DNA of 64,000 bases from Alphaproteobacteria bacterium (GTDB lineage: Bacteria > Pseudomonadota > Alphaproteobacteria > RF32 > CAG-239), in assembly GCA_017546315.1 (NCBI GenBank), contig JAFYXH010000009.1:6390-70389 (forward strand), given 5' to 3'. The notes beneath the pieces are model-generated. The model was not told where the DNA came from. It saw only the letters and a program-made list of their open reading frames with translations, and searched no databases. Below, one piece after another: positions 1 to 9,449 of the stretch. Position 1 is the first letter of the stretch, and every line of letters starts with the position of its first letter. The translations under genes and the position numbers were made by a program.

Positions 1-1
1 A

Positions 2-670
2 TTTGGTGATATGTTATATTGTAGTTCTATTTATGGAAAAGCTGCAATTATAGAAATTCCTATTATAAATGAAGAATTTAGATTGATAGCTATACAATTA
101 TGGCTTAGTGCAATTCTTTTAATTGGAATAGGATTTATGATTTCTATGATGGCGGCATTCTTTATGTTTGATATTGCTTTTAATTTATCCATTTCTATCG
201 TTCTACTTCCTCTTGGAATCGCATTGTGGCCCTTTGGTTGGACTCGAGATAAACTAAAAACTATTGTTGGTAATATATTATATTATGTTGGTGTCTTCAT
301 TTTCTTACCACTAGGAATTTTGATTAGTATGACAATTATTAGCGACATTGTGGCGTCTGTATTTGGTGGAGCTAATGAATTACGAGAAGCTTTCCTTACG
401 GACAATGCTGACTTGATAGAAGAAAAACTTGCACTATTTACACTACCTTTTGGAAAAATCTTTTTATCGTATGTCGTTGCACTTAGAGTTTTACCTTTAA
501 TGGCATCAGAGTTTTGTGGACATTACTTTAGTAGTGCGTTCGCTGGTAATCCAATAAGTGAACATGTCACACAATTATTATCAGGTTTGAAGAATAAAAC
601 TGTTGGAAAGGTAGCAAAATACGGAAAAGATGTTGCCAAACACCAAATAGATAGGTATTTCAATAAATAG
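2..670 (+). CDS. VirB6/TrbL-like polytopic membrane protein, 5'-truncated by the window edge
   Basis: The frame is open upstream of ATG 11 to the edge. Several hydrophobic helices (FDIAFNLSISIVLLPLGIALWPFGWTRDKLK) parallel the core of the next gene (DAVLQLGLAMTLLPFAICGFAFAGTKGYL), the VirB6-type pattern. Confidence 0.6.
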   Translation, partial: FGDMLYCSSIYGKAAIIEIPIINEEFRLIAIQLWLSAILLIGIGFMISMMAAFFMFDIAFNLSISIVLLPLGIALWPFGWTRDKLKTIVGNILYYVGVFIFLPLGILISMTIISDIVASVFGGANELREAFLTDNADLIEEKLALFTLPFGKIFLSYVVALRVLPLMASEFCGHYFSSAFAGNPISEHVTQLLSGLKNKTVGKVAKYGKDVAKHQIDRYFNK

Positions 671-683
671 TAAGGAGGCGCAG

Positions 684-3155
684 ATGAATAAATTTATGAA
701 ATTCTTAAAAAACTGTATGCCTTTTATCATTGGTGGGTGTGTTTTATTTTATTGCTCAGATGCTGAAGCTTGGGCTTGTGAATGGTGCCAAAAATTAAAA
801 GATTGGGTTGTTGATAAGGCTAGTGAAGTAATATTAAATGAATTGGGTATTGATTTAACGGTTAATTGTAATCCTCCAAATCCAGATTCAACTGTTTGTT
901 TGTTCTGCCCGATGTTTAAGATTATCTTTAATGCAGGAAGTATAATGGCGCACAAATCTTATGCATCGTTTGGTGTTGGATTAGCGCAACTTCTACTTGT
1001 GTTTATGGGGGTTTCTATTGCTCTTATTTTATTAAAATATCTATCATCCATGGGGGCAAAAGATGCAAGTGGGCTGATGAATGATTTATTGAAAAAATCT
1101 TTTCTCTGTTGCACGATATTTTACATACTAAATTATAATTATTATAATGTGCTTAATTTAACAATATCCCCTCTTTTTAGTGCGATGATGGATTTTGCCG
1201 CATCTGGTAGCGGAGGATCTTGTCATGGTGCTTCAGGTATTTATGGAGGAATGGGTGGTGGTAGTTCTACTGCAGGAATTGGAGGTGGAATACCAAGTTC
1301 GATTGGAACAGCTATTGTTTGTACTGTAGAAAATATTGAATTTAAGATTAAATATTTATTTGAGTTTGGCGATTGGGCATTTTGTAGAGGTTGTGGCCCT
1401 GATAGATTGTTATTTATATTGCCTCATCCAATATTTATTATTGACGGTTTATTGCTATATATTGGAGGTATTTTCTTTATGGCTTCATACCCTTGGATTA
1501 TGGCTGATGCTGTTTTGCAATTAGGACTTGCAATGACATTACTTCCTTTTGCTATTTGTGGTTTTGCATTTGCTGGGACTAAAGGTTATTTAGGTAAAGT
1601 TTTACAATGGATTATAAACTCTGTTTTTGTATTTGTGTTTATGTCTATTGTAATTGAATGTATATTAGAATATATTGGAAGTGTTTTATCTGCAGCATTA
1701 GCAAATGGTGATTTATCTGATCCTAAGCTGATATTTACAGACCCCAACAAAGGTATAGCGTTTTGGGGGCCTAATATGTTGTATATTATATTTATTCTTG
1801 CGATTGGTTTAACTTATATGCCTTTTGCTAAAGATTTGGCTAAACAACTTTCTAAAGGTTCTGGTGTGGGTGCAGCACAAACAATTGGTAAAGAAGTAAC
1901 CGGAAAAATAGATGACCTCACAGATAAAGCGGCTCACAAAGTAAGACATGCAGCTGTTGAAACAGGTAAATGGGCAGGAAGAGGCATAAAACGAGGTAGT
2001 AAAGCAGCTGTTAGAATCGGAATAGCAAAAACTGTTAATACTTTTGGGACTTCTAATGGTTCTGGTAAATCGATGCGAGTGCTTGGAATGAAATTTTCTA
2101 CCGAAAAGGACGGTAATGGAAGAGATGTTTTAACTCGAGAATGGGTGAACCCTATCAACGGCAGAAGACATGTGATGATTTCTGATAAATACTCTACAAC
2201 ATTTGAAGAATACACCAAAAGTGGTGTGCAAATAAAATCTGACACTAAATTTAAACATAATTTTATGAATGAGCATTTATTTGATGAAAATGGTGATGTA
2301 AACGTTGGTGCAGTTAATGCTATTATGAATTCTCCAAAGGCATTGGCTGATCCTAGATACAGAGAAAAAATCATGACACAAATTGCAGTAAATGCAATGA
2401 AGAAAAAGGGAAAACATGTTGGCAAATATTATAAAGATAGAAAAGTTGTTTATGATCTTTCTGACCCATATAAAATATATATTGAACAAACCGATTATAC
2501 AGGAAAAGTAACTCGTTTTGCAATGAGAATCGACCCTGCTACTGGGAGAATGGCAGTTGGTGCTAAAGTAGAAAGACTAAACAAAAAAAAGATGCGAAAA
2601 ATTAAAAACAGAAAACGCTTCTTAAAGAGGTTTGGACGAGACTTAGGTGGGGGAGAATATGCTTTCAAATCATTTTTAACGGGGACTGTCAGAGAAATAA
2701 AAATAGACTCCCAAACTGGAAGAGAATATTATGTTAAAACCCGAAGAAGACGTTTCTTGTTTTGGAAAACAAAGACTATCATTGTTAAAGACACAGAAAA
2801 TGCCGAGCAAGATGGATTTTTTGATAATGCCTATATGGGGTTTGATACTAGAAAAAATGCTAAAGGAAAGGAAAATACCTATTTAAAATATGGAGCCAGA
2901 GCAAAAGCGGGACATACAGATGTTCGAGATGCAATGAGTGCAGGCAAGATTATTGACGACAAAGGAAACATTGCAGATGATTTGGACATAAGCAATTCTA
3001 ATTGTAAACCCGAAAATGACCTTGTTTTTGGTTCAGATATTTTGATAGATCTCGGTATATGCCCAAGTGGTACAAATTCTCGTGATTTTCTTAAAAATCT
3101 TGGTGCAAGAGCTGCCTCTGAAAGATCAACAAAATTGAATACTAAACATCTATAA
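684..3155 (+). CDS. VirB6-like T4SS membrane protein with Cys-rich N-terminus and ~400-aa basic hydrophilic C-terminal extension
   Basis: RBS AAGGAGG at 672-678. Signal-peptide-like start, CxxC motifs, VirB6-like TM core (aa ~245-385) and long Lys/Arg-rich tail, as in extended Rickettsiales-type VirB6 proteins. Confidence 0.65.
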   Translation: MNKFMKFLKNCMPFIIGGCVLFYCSDAEAWACEWCQKLKDWVVDKASEVILNELGIDLTVNCNPPNPDSTVCLFCPMFKIIFNAGSIMAHKSYASFGVGLAQLLLVFMGVSIALILLKYLSSMGAKDASGLMNDLLKKSFLCCTIFYILNYNYYNVLNLTISPLFSAMMDFAASGSGGSCHGASGIYGGMGGGSSTAGIGGGIPSSIGTAIVCTVENIEFKIKYLFEFGDWAFCRGCGPDRLLFILPHPIFIIDGLLLYIGGIFFMASYPWIMADAVLQLGLAMTLLPFAICGFAFAGTKGYLGKVLQWIINSVFVFVFMSIVIECILEYIGSVLSAALANGDLSDPKLIFTDPNKGIAFWGPNMLYIIFILAIGLTYMPFAKDLAKQLSKGSGVGAAQTIGKEVTGKIDDLTDKAAHKVRHAAVETGKWAGRGIKRGSKAAVRIGIAKTVNTFGTSNGSGKSMRVLGMKFSTEKDGNGRDVLTREWVNPINGRRHVMISDKYSTTFEEYTKSGVQIKSDTKFKHNFMNEHLFDENGDVNVGAVNAIMNSPKALADPRYREKIMTQIAVNAMKKKGKHVGKYYKDRKVVYDLSDPYKIYIEQTDYTGKVTRFAMRIDPATGRMAVGAKVERLNKKKMRKIKNRKRFLKRFGRDLGGGEYAFKSFLTGTVREIKIDSQTGREYYVKTRRRRFLFWKTKTIIVKDTENAEQDGFFDNAYMGFDTRKNAKGKENTYLKYGARAKAGHTDVRDAMSAGKIIDDKGNIADDLDISNSNCKPENDLVFGSDILIDLGICPSGTNSRDFLKNLGARAASERSTKLNTKHL

Positions 3156-3187
3156 ATAAGTTTTAAGTTTAGACGAATTTAAAACCC

Positions 3188-3224
3188 AAATACTCCAATT
3201 TACGCTTCAAATTGGAGTATTTTT
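3188..3224 (+). terminator. Intrinsic terminator after the VirB6-like pair
   Basis: Perfect 14-bp inverted repeat AAATACTCCAATTT / AAATTGGAGTATTT with a 7-nt loop and T tail. Confidence 0.8.
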
Positions 3225-3361
3225 GTGTGATAAACCCAATGAATAGCTTGCATTGACAAAAGTTATACATATTTATTTTTTTTTATTTTTTTTGACTTGC
3301 ATATTTTTTTGGCAACACTATTATATAGTAAATGTTTATATTTCATTAGAGGTGATAAATT

Positions 3362-4333
3362 ATGGAAGAGATTGTATTTCCTAATCAAATTAGAATTCAA
3401 CGTAAAATGCATGGCGTTTCTATGCAAGATTTAGCTGACAAACTAGGCATAAGTCTTTCTGCTATTTCTAAAATAGAAAAGGGGTATAGACGCTTAAACC
3501 AAGAACAACTTATTTCTGTGGCAGAAATATTGGATTGTTCTTTACAAGATTTATATGTTAATGAACAAAACTCACAACAAGAAGTTGTTCTTGCTTGGAA
3601 AAAAGAACAAGAACGCAGACAAGAAATAAACAAAAGCAGTGGATTGAAAGTTTTGGGAGCTGCTCTAAGATACATTAGAGGCGATAAATCTTTGACTTTG
3701 ATTGAAGTTGCAGAACGTTCTGAAATGACTCTATCTGTATATCATAGAATTGAAATGGGACAAAGAGAAGTTTCTGACAAAGAGTATAAAAATATTGCTA
3801 GAGCTCTAGATATGGATGTTGATACTCTTAAAGCTGAAATTAAAAAATTAGATGAAAATGGTTCTTTAGAAGAAATCATCACTCACAATGATACAAAATA
3901 TAAAATCAATAATATGACACGTATGATTGCGGAACAAAATAGTTATATCGATATTGATACATTAAAAGTTCCTGTATTTGGAATATCTGGAACAGATGGT
4001 GCTATTATAATTGATAAATCAGCTTTTTCTAAAGAAGCAACAAAACCTGCTAACTTGTTTGAAAAAAGAGATGTTTATGGAGTAAGCTTGTGCACAAGAA
4101 GACTTGGATCTATATTGTCAAACAGAGCTGTTATGTTTGTTGCTCCATCTGAAGTTGCAAGTGTTGGTGATATTGCTCTTTATTATAAATCTGAGCAAGA
4201 AGCTTATGTTGTTAGCGTTAGAGAAGATGAGACTGGTCAATTATATGGCTTAATGTGGAATCCTGAAGAACGCATTTATTTTAGCAACGATGATTTTGTG
4301 AAGATACATAAAGTTGTAGATATCGCATTATAG
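3362..4333 (+). CDS. Transcriptional regulator with two XRE/Cro-C1 HTH domains and a degenerate S24-like C-terminal domain
   Basis: HTH1 SMQDLADKLGISLSAISKIEKGYR and HTH2 TLIEVAERSEMTLSVYHRIEMGQR. The C-terminus VPVFG...YGVSL...MFVAP...VGDIAL resembles the LexA/CI S24 fold. RBS GAGGTG. Confidence 0.8.
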   Translation: MEEIVFPNQIRIQRKMHGVSMQDLADKLGISLSAISKIEKGYRRLNQEQLISVAEILDCSLQDLYVNEQNSQQEVVLAWKKEQERRQEINKSSGLKVLGAALRYIRGDKSLTLIEVAERSEMTLSVYHRIEMGQREVSDKEYKNIARALDMDVDTLKAEIKKLDENGSLEEIITHNDTKYKINNMTRMIAEQNSYIDIDTLKVPVFGISGTDGAIIIDKSAFSKEATKPANLFEKRDVYGVSLCTRRLGSILSNRAVMFVAPSEVASVGDIALYYKSEQEAYVVSVREDETGQLYGLMWNPEERIYFSNDDFVKIHKVVDIAL

Positions 4334-4397
4334 TTTTTGCTTTAAATGTTATTATTTTGACTGTTGTTTATGTAATTTTATATAGAAGGTATGGCTC

Positions 4398-7300
4398 GTG
4401 GAAAATTTAAATGATGTAGAGTTTGGTAGCGATAAAGAGAAGGAAGAAGCCCCGATTTTGGTGGCTCAACGGTACTTAAACATTTATAGACAGGTACATA
4501 TTTTCAACAAAGCAAAGCGTGATCAATTTGATGATGAGCTTTTAGCTTTGCCACCTGTTATTACAGACTTCTACAAACGTATGCCTGGTGGGCGTTTGCT
4601 CATGGAGCATATTGAAGAAGTAAAAACAGAAAGAGGTATATCTTTTGTAAAATCAAACAAAGAAGATTACACAAACTTAGCAACAGATTCATCTACTCCA
4701 TCTGGAGCTCCAGCAGGAGCTCCTGTGAGTGGTGCTGTTGTTGCAGGAAGTGTTACTATTGATTCATCATTTGCAGAAACTTTAGCACAATCTTTGGCTG
4801 CTGCATTTAAGCAAAATCCTATGCAAGCAACTGTATCTGGTGGTGGTGCAACAGGTGGTGTTGTTGATTTTGGAAACACATTTGACGTTATAGCTGAAGA
4901 AATCAGAACATCTCGAGCATCATTATTGGATGTACTAAAAGAAACAAGAAATATAACAGATTCAGTTATAGCTTCTCAAGTTTCTATCTCTAGAATTTTA
5001 GAAGGTATTTTAGCATCTCGTTCAAGAGACGATATCGGTAAGGCTGACCTTAACAATCGCATTATTGCATCTCAAGCATCTATTACTAAATTGCTTGAAG
5101 GGATGTATACATCTAATGCGCAAAAGAATAACGAAATCTCAGACTTTTTAAACATTGAAAATAGATTGCAAAGCTTTAAAAACGAGATACGAGCTGAAGT
5201 TGAAAGCTCTCTAAACAGAATGCAACAAATGTTGGTTGAGAGTTTTAAAGATATTGCAGCAATTGGTATCCAAACATCTGGGATTTCTAACGCACAGCAA
5301 AACAATTTTGCAAATAGCAATGTTAATGATAGATCACAAACTAGCGCTTCTACTGAGAAGACATCTTTACAGACTCAAGTATCTGAACAAATAAAATCTC
5401 AGCCTTCTGCAATTAAGGCAGCTAATTTTGTTGATCACTGCAAAGAACTTATTGCCAACCAATTGTCAACATTTGAACAAGAAGAAAATTTTAAGAAGAA
5501 AAAGAAAAAGAAGAAAAATAGATTTGAAGATGGGCTGGAAAATAACAATAGGGATAATGTTTCATCTAACATTGGTTTAAGTGTGCAACAACCACAAATA
5601 AACAGAAATAATGTGGAAACAACAAATACTCCTATTAGAACGAATAGTACATCTACAAATACTCCGAACACTGTTCAACAAAAACCTTTTGTGCAAAATA
5701 ATAATTTGGGAAATAACACAAATAACAATGCACCGCAAAAAACTTTTGTGCAAAACAATGGCTCAACTAACACACCAAATAACAATGAGCAAAAACCACA
5801 AAACAGCATTACAAACAGCGCTCAAGCTCGTCCTAGAGAAGCTTTAGCATCTGTTAGTGCTCCAATTGCTTTTGCAGAATTAAGTGAAAAGGCTTTTAAT
5901 CAAGAAGATGATTTTGACAACTTCATCATCGATAAGCCTTTGGCTGTTGAAAACACGCCAAACACAAACACTTCTAGAAACGATTATAGAGAAGAAAGTT
6001 TTGTTGATGATTTAGATTTTGTTTTACCACAATCTAATGATGTGCAACCTACAAAAGCTCAAACATTTTCCCCTGTTTATGATGGACTCGATTTTGCTTT
6101 ACCTAAACACGCATTTGCAGAAGATGCTAACTCTTCGGCTCTTTCTGATGAAGAGTTAAACGTGGATTTATCCTCTATTAGTGATGATTTAAATTATAAT
6201 CTACCACCACAAGGTAGCGCTTTAAGAGATGATACTCCACAATTAAATATCACTTCTGCATCTTTTGAAGATGATGGTCTTTCTTTTTCATTACCTGAAA
6301 GCAATACTTTCGAGCAAAAGACTAACTTAACATATAATGAAACTCCAAACTTTAACGAAGAAGCATCATCAGGCAATAATTTACAAGATTTGAGTAAAAT
6401 TAATGATTTAAGCTTAAACACAGAAAATCAAAATTATGACTTCGATTATAGTTCTTTTGAAAATGCTTCATTTAATGATACAACAACCGAAGCTACAAGT
6501 GAAACACCTTCATTTAGCAACAATCAGCCAGAATTTAATGATTTAGCTTCATTTGCTTCTAGCAACAACATTCCAAATGATGGGGTTATATTTAATTCTG
6601 GTATTGAAGATACATTTGAAAACTCATTTACAGAAACAACAGATAGCGCATTGGGGCAAGATGTATCTTTTGAAACATTTGATTTTAACTCCTTTGAAAA
6701 TAATACTGAGAGTTCTAACGAACACCCCTTTGTGTCATCAGAAACAGAAGAGACTAACCTAAAACTTGATGACTTTTTAGGCTTATCTCAAGAGGCTGGC
6801 GACTTAAATAACCAAAACACTGATGAAAATAACTCTAGCAATAACGAATCTTTTTCTAGTTTTGATGATAACTTTGGAAATAGTGATGCTACTCCAAGTT
6901 TTGAAGATAACTTCAATAATAATGATTTTGTTCCAAGTTTTGAGAATGGTTTTGACAACAACGAATCTGTTCCAAACTTCGAAGACAATTTCAACAATAA
7001 TGAATTTACTCCAAGCTTTGAGAATAGTTTTGAAAACAATGAGACTGTTTCAACTTTTGAAAACCCAGAACAAAACGAAACTCCTTCAGTTGGTTTAAAT
7101 GAATTCTTCTTAGATCAAAATAATGAGATAAACTCTCTAACCATTGAACCATCTACACCAAAACAAAGTAGATATAGTGCGGAATTGGATAAAATTAGAG
7201 CAGCTCTTACGACTGATAATATTGATATATCTTCTCTAGATAAACCTATCGCACTTGATGATTATAGCGATGATGAGAATGTGCCATCTGATAACAGTTA

Positions 7301-7511
7301 TGATGAACAATTTGAAGATGATAATTTCCTTTCAATTCAACAAGAACAACCAAATTCGACAACTCAAGAAGCAACTTCTGATGATGATTGGGAGTGGGAA
7401 TGGGTTGATGAGAATGGGAATCCTGTAAGTGGAAATAATGGTGGAGAAGAAGATTGGGAATGGGTTGATGAAAATGGAAACCCAATCAAAAACGATAACA
7501 ACGGGAATTAA
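4398..7511 (+). CDS. Large hypothetical protein: helical N-terminal region plus long Asn/acidic low-complexity region
   Basis: 1037-aa ORF with a K8 tract, 13-aa tandem repeats and duplicated C-terminal WEWVDENGNP. No signal peptide or TM seen. Confidence 0.8.
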   Translation: MENLNDVEFGSDKEKEEAPILVAQRYLNIYRQVHIFNKAKRDQFDDELLALPPVITDFYKRMPGGRLLMEHIEEVKTERGISFVKSNKEDYTNLATDSSTPSGAPAGAPVSGAVVAGSVTIDSSFAETLAQSLAAAFKQNPMQATVSGGGATGGVVDFGNTFDVIAEEIRTSRASLLDVLKETRNITDSVIASQVSISRILEGILASRSRDDIGKADLNNRIIASQASITKLLEGMYTSNAQKNNEISDFLNIENRLQSFKNEIRAEVESSLNRMQQMLVESFKDIAAIGIQTSGISNAQQNNFANSNVNDRSQTSASTEKTSLQTQVSEQIKSQPSAIKAANFVDHCKELIANQLSTFEQEENFKKKKKKKKNRFEDGLENNNRDNVSSNIGLSVQQPQINRNNVETTNTPIRTNSTSTNTPNTVQQKPFVQNNNLGNNTNNNAPQKTFVQNNGSTNTPNNNEQKPQNSITNSAQARPREALASVSAPIAFAELSEKAFNQEDDFDNFIIDKPLAVENTPNTNTSRNDYREESFVDDLDFVLPQSNDVQPTKAQTFSPVYDGLDFALPKHAFAEDANSSALSDEELNVDLSSISDDLNYNLPPQGSALRDDTPQLNITSASFEDDGLSFSLPESNTFEQKTNLTYNETPNFNEEASSGNNLQDLSKINDLSLNTENQNYDFDYSSFENASFNDTTTEATSETPSFSNNQPEFNDLASFASSNNIPNDGVIFNSGIEDTFENSFTETTDSALGQDVSFETFDFNSFENNTESSNEHPFVSSETEETNLKLDDFLGLSQEAGDLNNQNTDENNSSNNESFSSFDDNFGNSDATPSFEDNFNNNDFVPSFENGFDNNESVPNFEDNFNNNEFTPSFENSFENNETVSTFENPEQNETPSVGLNEFFLDQNNEINSLTIEPSTPKQSRYSAELDKIRAALTTDNIDISSLDKPIALDDYSDDENVPSDNSYDEQFEDDNFLSIQQEQPNSTTQEATSDDDWEWEWVDENGNPVSGNNGGEEDWEWVDENGNPIKNDNNGN
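6861..7088 (+). repeat. Coding tandem repeat, 39-bp / 13-aa unit, ~5.5 copies
   Basis: FDDNFGNSDATPS, FEDNFNNNDFVPS, FENGFDNNESVPN, FEDNFNNNEFTPS, FENSFENNETVST start at 6861, 6900, 6939, 6978, 7017. Confidence 0.85.
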
Positions 7512-7612
7512 AAAAATAAATAAAAGATAAAATAAAAACAAATAACACTTAAATGATAATAAAAGATAATAATATATTTACAAGCTAGTTTGTTTATTTT
7601 ATTTTTTAGTAA

Positions 7613-8182
7613 GTGGGGGTGTTTATGGCTGACAATAATGACACAATAGAAAAACCTGAAACAGGTGATATGGGCAATCCAGATAGTCGTGTAATTGCGG
7701 TTACTCGTGAGTCTCTTTGGTATATAGATAATTATGTACTCATTCGAGATTATTATGATAGAACCGTATCTAGAATTGCTGCTCGTTGCATTAGAAAAGG
7801 GAATATTGCTGTTGAGGAATATCCTTTTTATGCATACATTATAGACGTTTTGGATGAGTTATGTGAAACAGGTGATTATATTATTTCACACACTGAATTA
7901 CACCCTTACGTTGAGAAAAAAATTAAAGGTGGTGTGAAAGCTTTAGAAGATAATTTAAGATTATATAAAGAAGAATTAGAAAGAAATGCTTCTGTTGAGA
8001 TGACATCTAAGAAAGATGCAGATTTGAGCGCAGCAAAAGATGCCTTTGAAGGTTTTGCATCACCTGCTGATAATAAACCAACAGCTGGTGCGGGACAAAG
8101 TATTGAAGATGTTGTAGCTAAATTGATGGCTGAACAAAATAAAATTATTGAAGAGAAAGATAAGAATGATGAAAATAGTTAA
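7613..8182 (+). CDS. Hypothetical cytoplasmic protein
   Basis: 189-aa ORF in the same-strand run, overlapping the next gene's start. No recognised motif. True start may be ATG 7625. Confidence 0.7.
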   Translation: MGVFMADNNDTIEKPETGDMGNPDSRVIAVTRESLWYIDNYVLIRDYYDRTVSRIAARCIRKGNIAVEEYPFYAYIIDVLDELCETGDYIISHTELHPYVEKKIKGGVKALEDNLRLYKEELERNASVEMTSKKDADLSAAKDAFEGFASPADNKPTAGAGQSIEDVVAKLMAEQNKIIEEKDKNDENS

Positions 8183-9449
8183 TTTTTCAAACAAACTTAA
8201 ATGCTTATTTTTGTTATTTTCAGTGCTAAGCATTGTTGCATGTAATGGTTTTAATGGCAATAATGATACTATCGTTGTAAATGACGAGGATGTTAAACAA
8301 GATAATTTTGTGATTTTGCCACAACAGAATCCATATATGTTACGCACAACATTTAGAGCAAATGACTTAGATTTGGAGACACCTTTACGTTGTAATGTTA
8401 ATTGGAAAACTCAAGAAATGGTGCAAATTTTGCCTCACAACAATATTTCTTTTAAGATTGAAAGAAATGATATAGATGATACTTTACCTGAGTTTGAAGT
8501 AAGAGATTTCTCTTTTGATAATATTCCTGCAGATCAAGCTTTATTGAAGCTTACAACTGAGGCAGGATTAACATTAGTTGCTAAAGATGCACCTTATCCA
8601 ATGCTTTATGGTAAGGATATAAATGGTAGCTTTAGTGATGTGGTTAAGATGATTGCTAAATCTGCTGATTTATTTTATCGCTATGACAAAAAGCAAAAAT
8701 CTATAATTTTGAGTAGAAGAGCTAGTTTTACACTTTATGTTCCAAATTCTAGAACTTTAATGTTAGGTTTTCTAGATGTACTAAGAGGAGCAGGAATTAC
8801 TGATATGGTTACAAACTGGCGTGATTATTCTATTACATTTGAAACGAATCTGGAAACAATGAACAAAGTTAATAGTCTTGTTAATGATTTTGAAAATAAT
8901 CCAACAATGATTATGTATGATGTTAGCATTTTTAGAGCAATAGCTAAAGAGCCTTGTGGCATTGTTTGGAATGACTTATTAAAAGATTTTGACTTTGGAA
9001 GTATTGCTACAACGCAGACAGGAGTTATTGGAAGAATGCTAACAGTAACAAATGATATTTCTATCGAACATTTGAAAACTTTTGTTAGCAAATATGCTGA
9101 TATTCAAGAAATATCTGAGGGACGTTTTGTAGTTCCTACACAATGGTTTTCTCGTTTTGATGTTGGTCGTTGCGGTAAGGTTGATGATATGGAATATTCT
9201 TTATCCCTTCTTGCTAGAGCAAATGTTGAGAAAAATAATCGTATATTATCTGAAATTACACTGGATACTACAGAAGGTGAAATCACTAAATTTAAGGCTA
9301 GGAATCGTATCGGTGAAAACTTCTTGATTATTGGCTTACCTAGTGAAATTTTTGGGCCTGCTGAGCAAGGAACAGAAACAATCGCATTTATTGTTCCACG
9401 CTTGGTTAGAACATTAAAAACAGATGAAGATATAAAAAATAAAATTTAA
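8166..9449 (+). CDS. Secretin-like outer-membrane lipoprotein (short, PilN/BfpB-like architecture)
   Basis: Lipoprotein-type signal LLFSVLSIVAC. STN/N0-like segment FSFDNIPADQALLKL...FSDVVKMIAKSADLFYRY. Secretin-domain entry MIMYDVSIF...GIVWNDL and terminal ETIAFIVPRLV. Start moved to ATG 8166. Confidence 0.55.
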   Translation: MMKIVNFSNKLKCLFLLFSVLSIVACNGFNGNNDTIVVNDEDVKQDNFVILPQQNPYMLRTTFRANDLDLETPLRCNVNWKTQEMVQILPHNNISFKIERNDIDDTLPEFEVRDFSFDNIPADQALLKLTTEAGLTLVAKDAPYPMLYGKDINGSFSDVVKMIAKSADLFYRYDKKQKSIILSRRASFTLYVPNSRTLMLGFLDVLRGAGITDMVTNWRDYSITFETNLETMNKVNSLVNDFENNPTMIMYDVSIFRAIAKEPCGIVWNDLLKDFDFGSIATTQTGVIGRMLTVTNDISIEHLKTFVSKYADIQEISEGRFVVPTQWFSRFDVGRCGKVDDMEYSLSLLARANVEKNNRILSEITLDTTEGEITKFKARNRIGENFLIIGLPSEIFGPAEQGTETIAFIVPRLVRTLKTDEDIKNKI

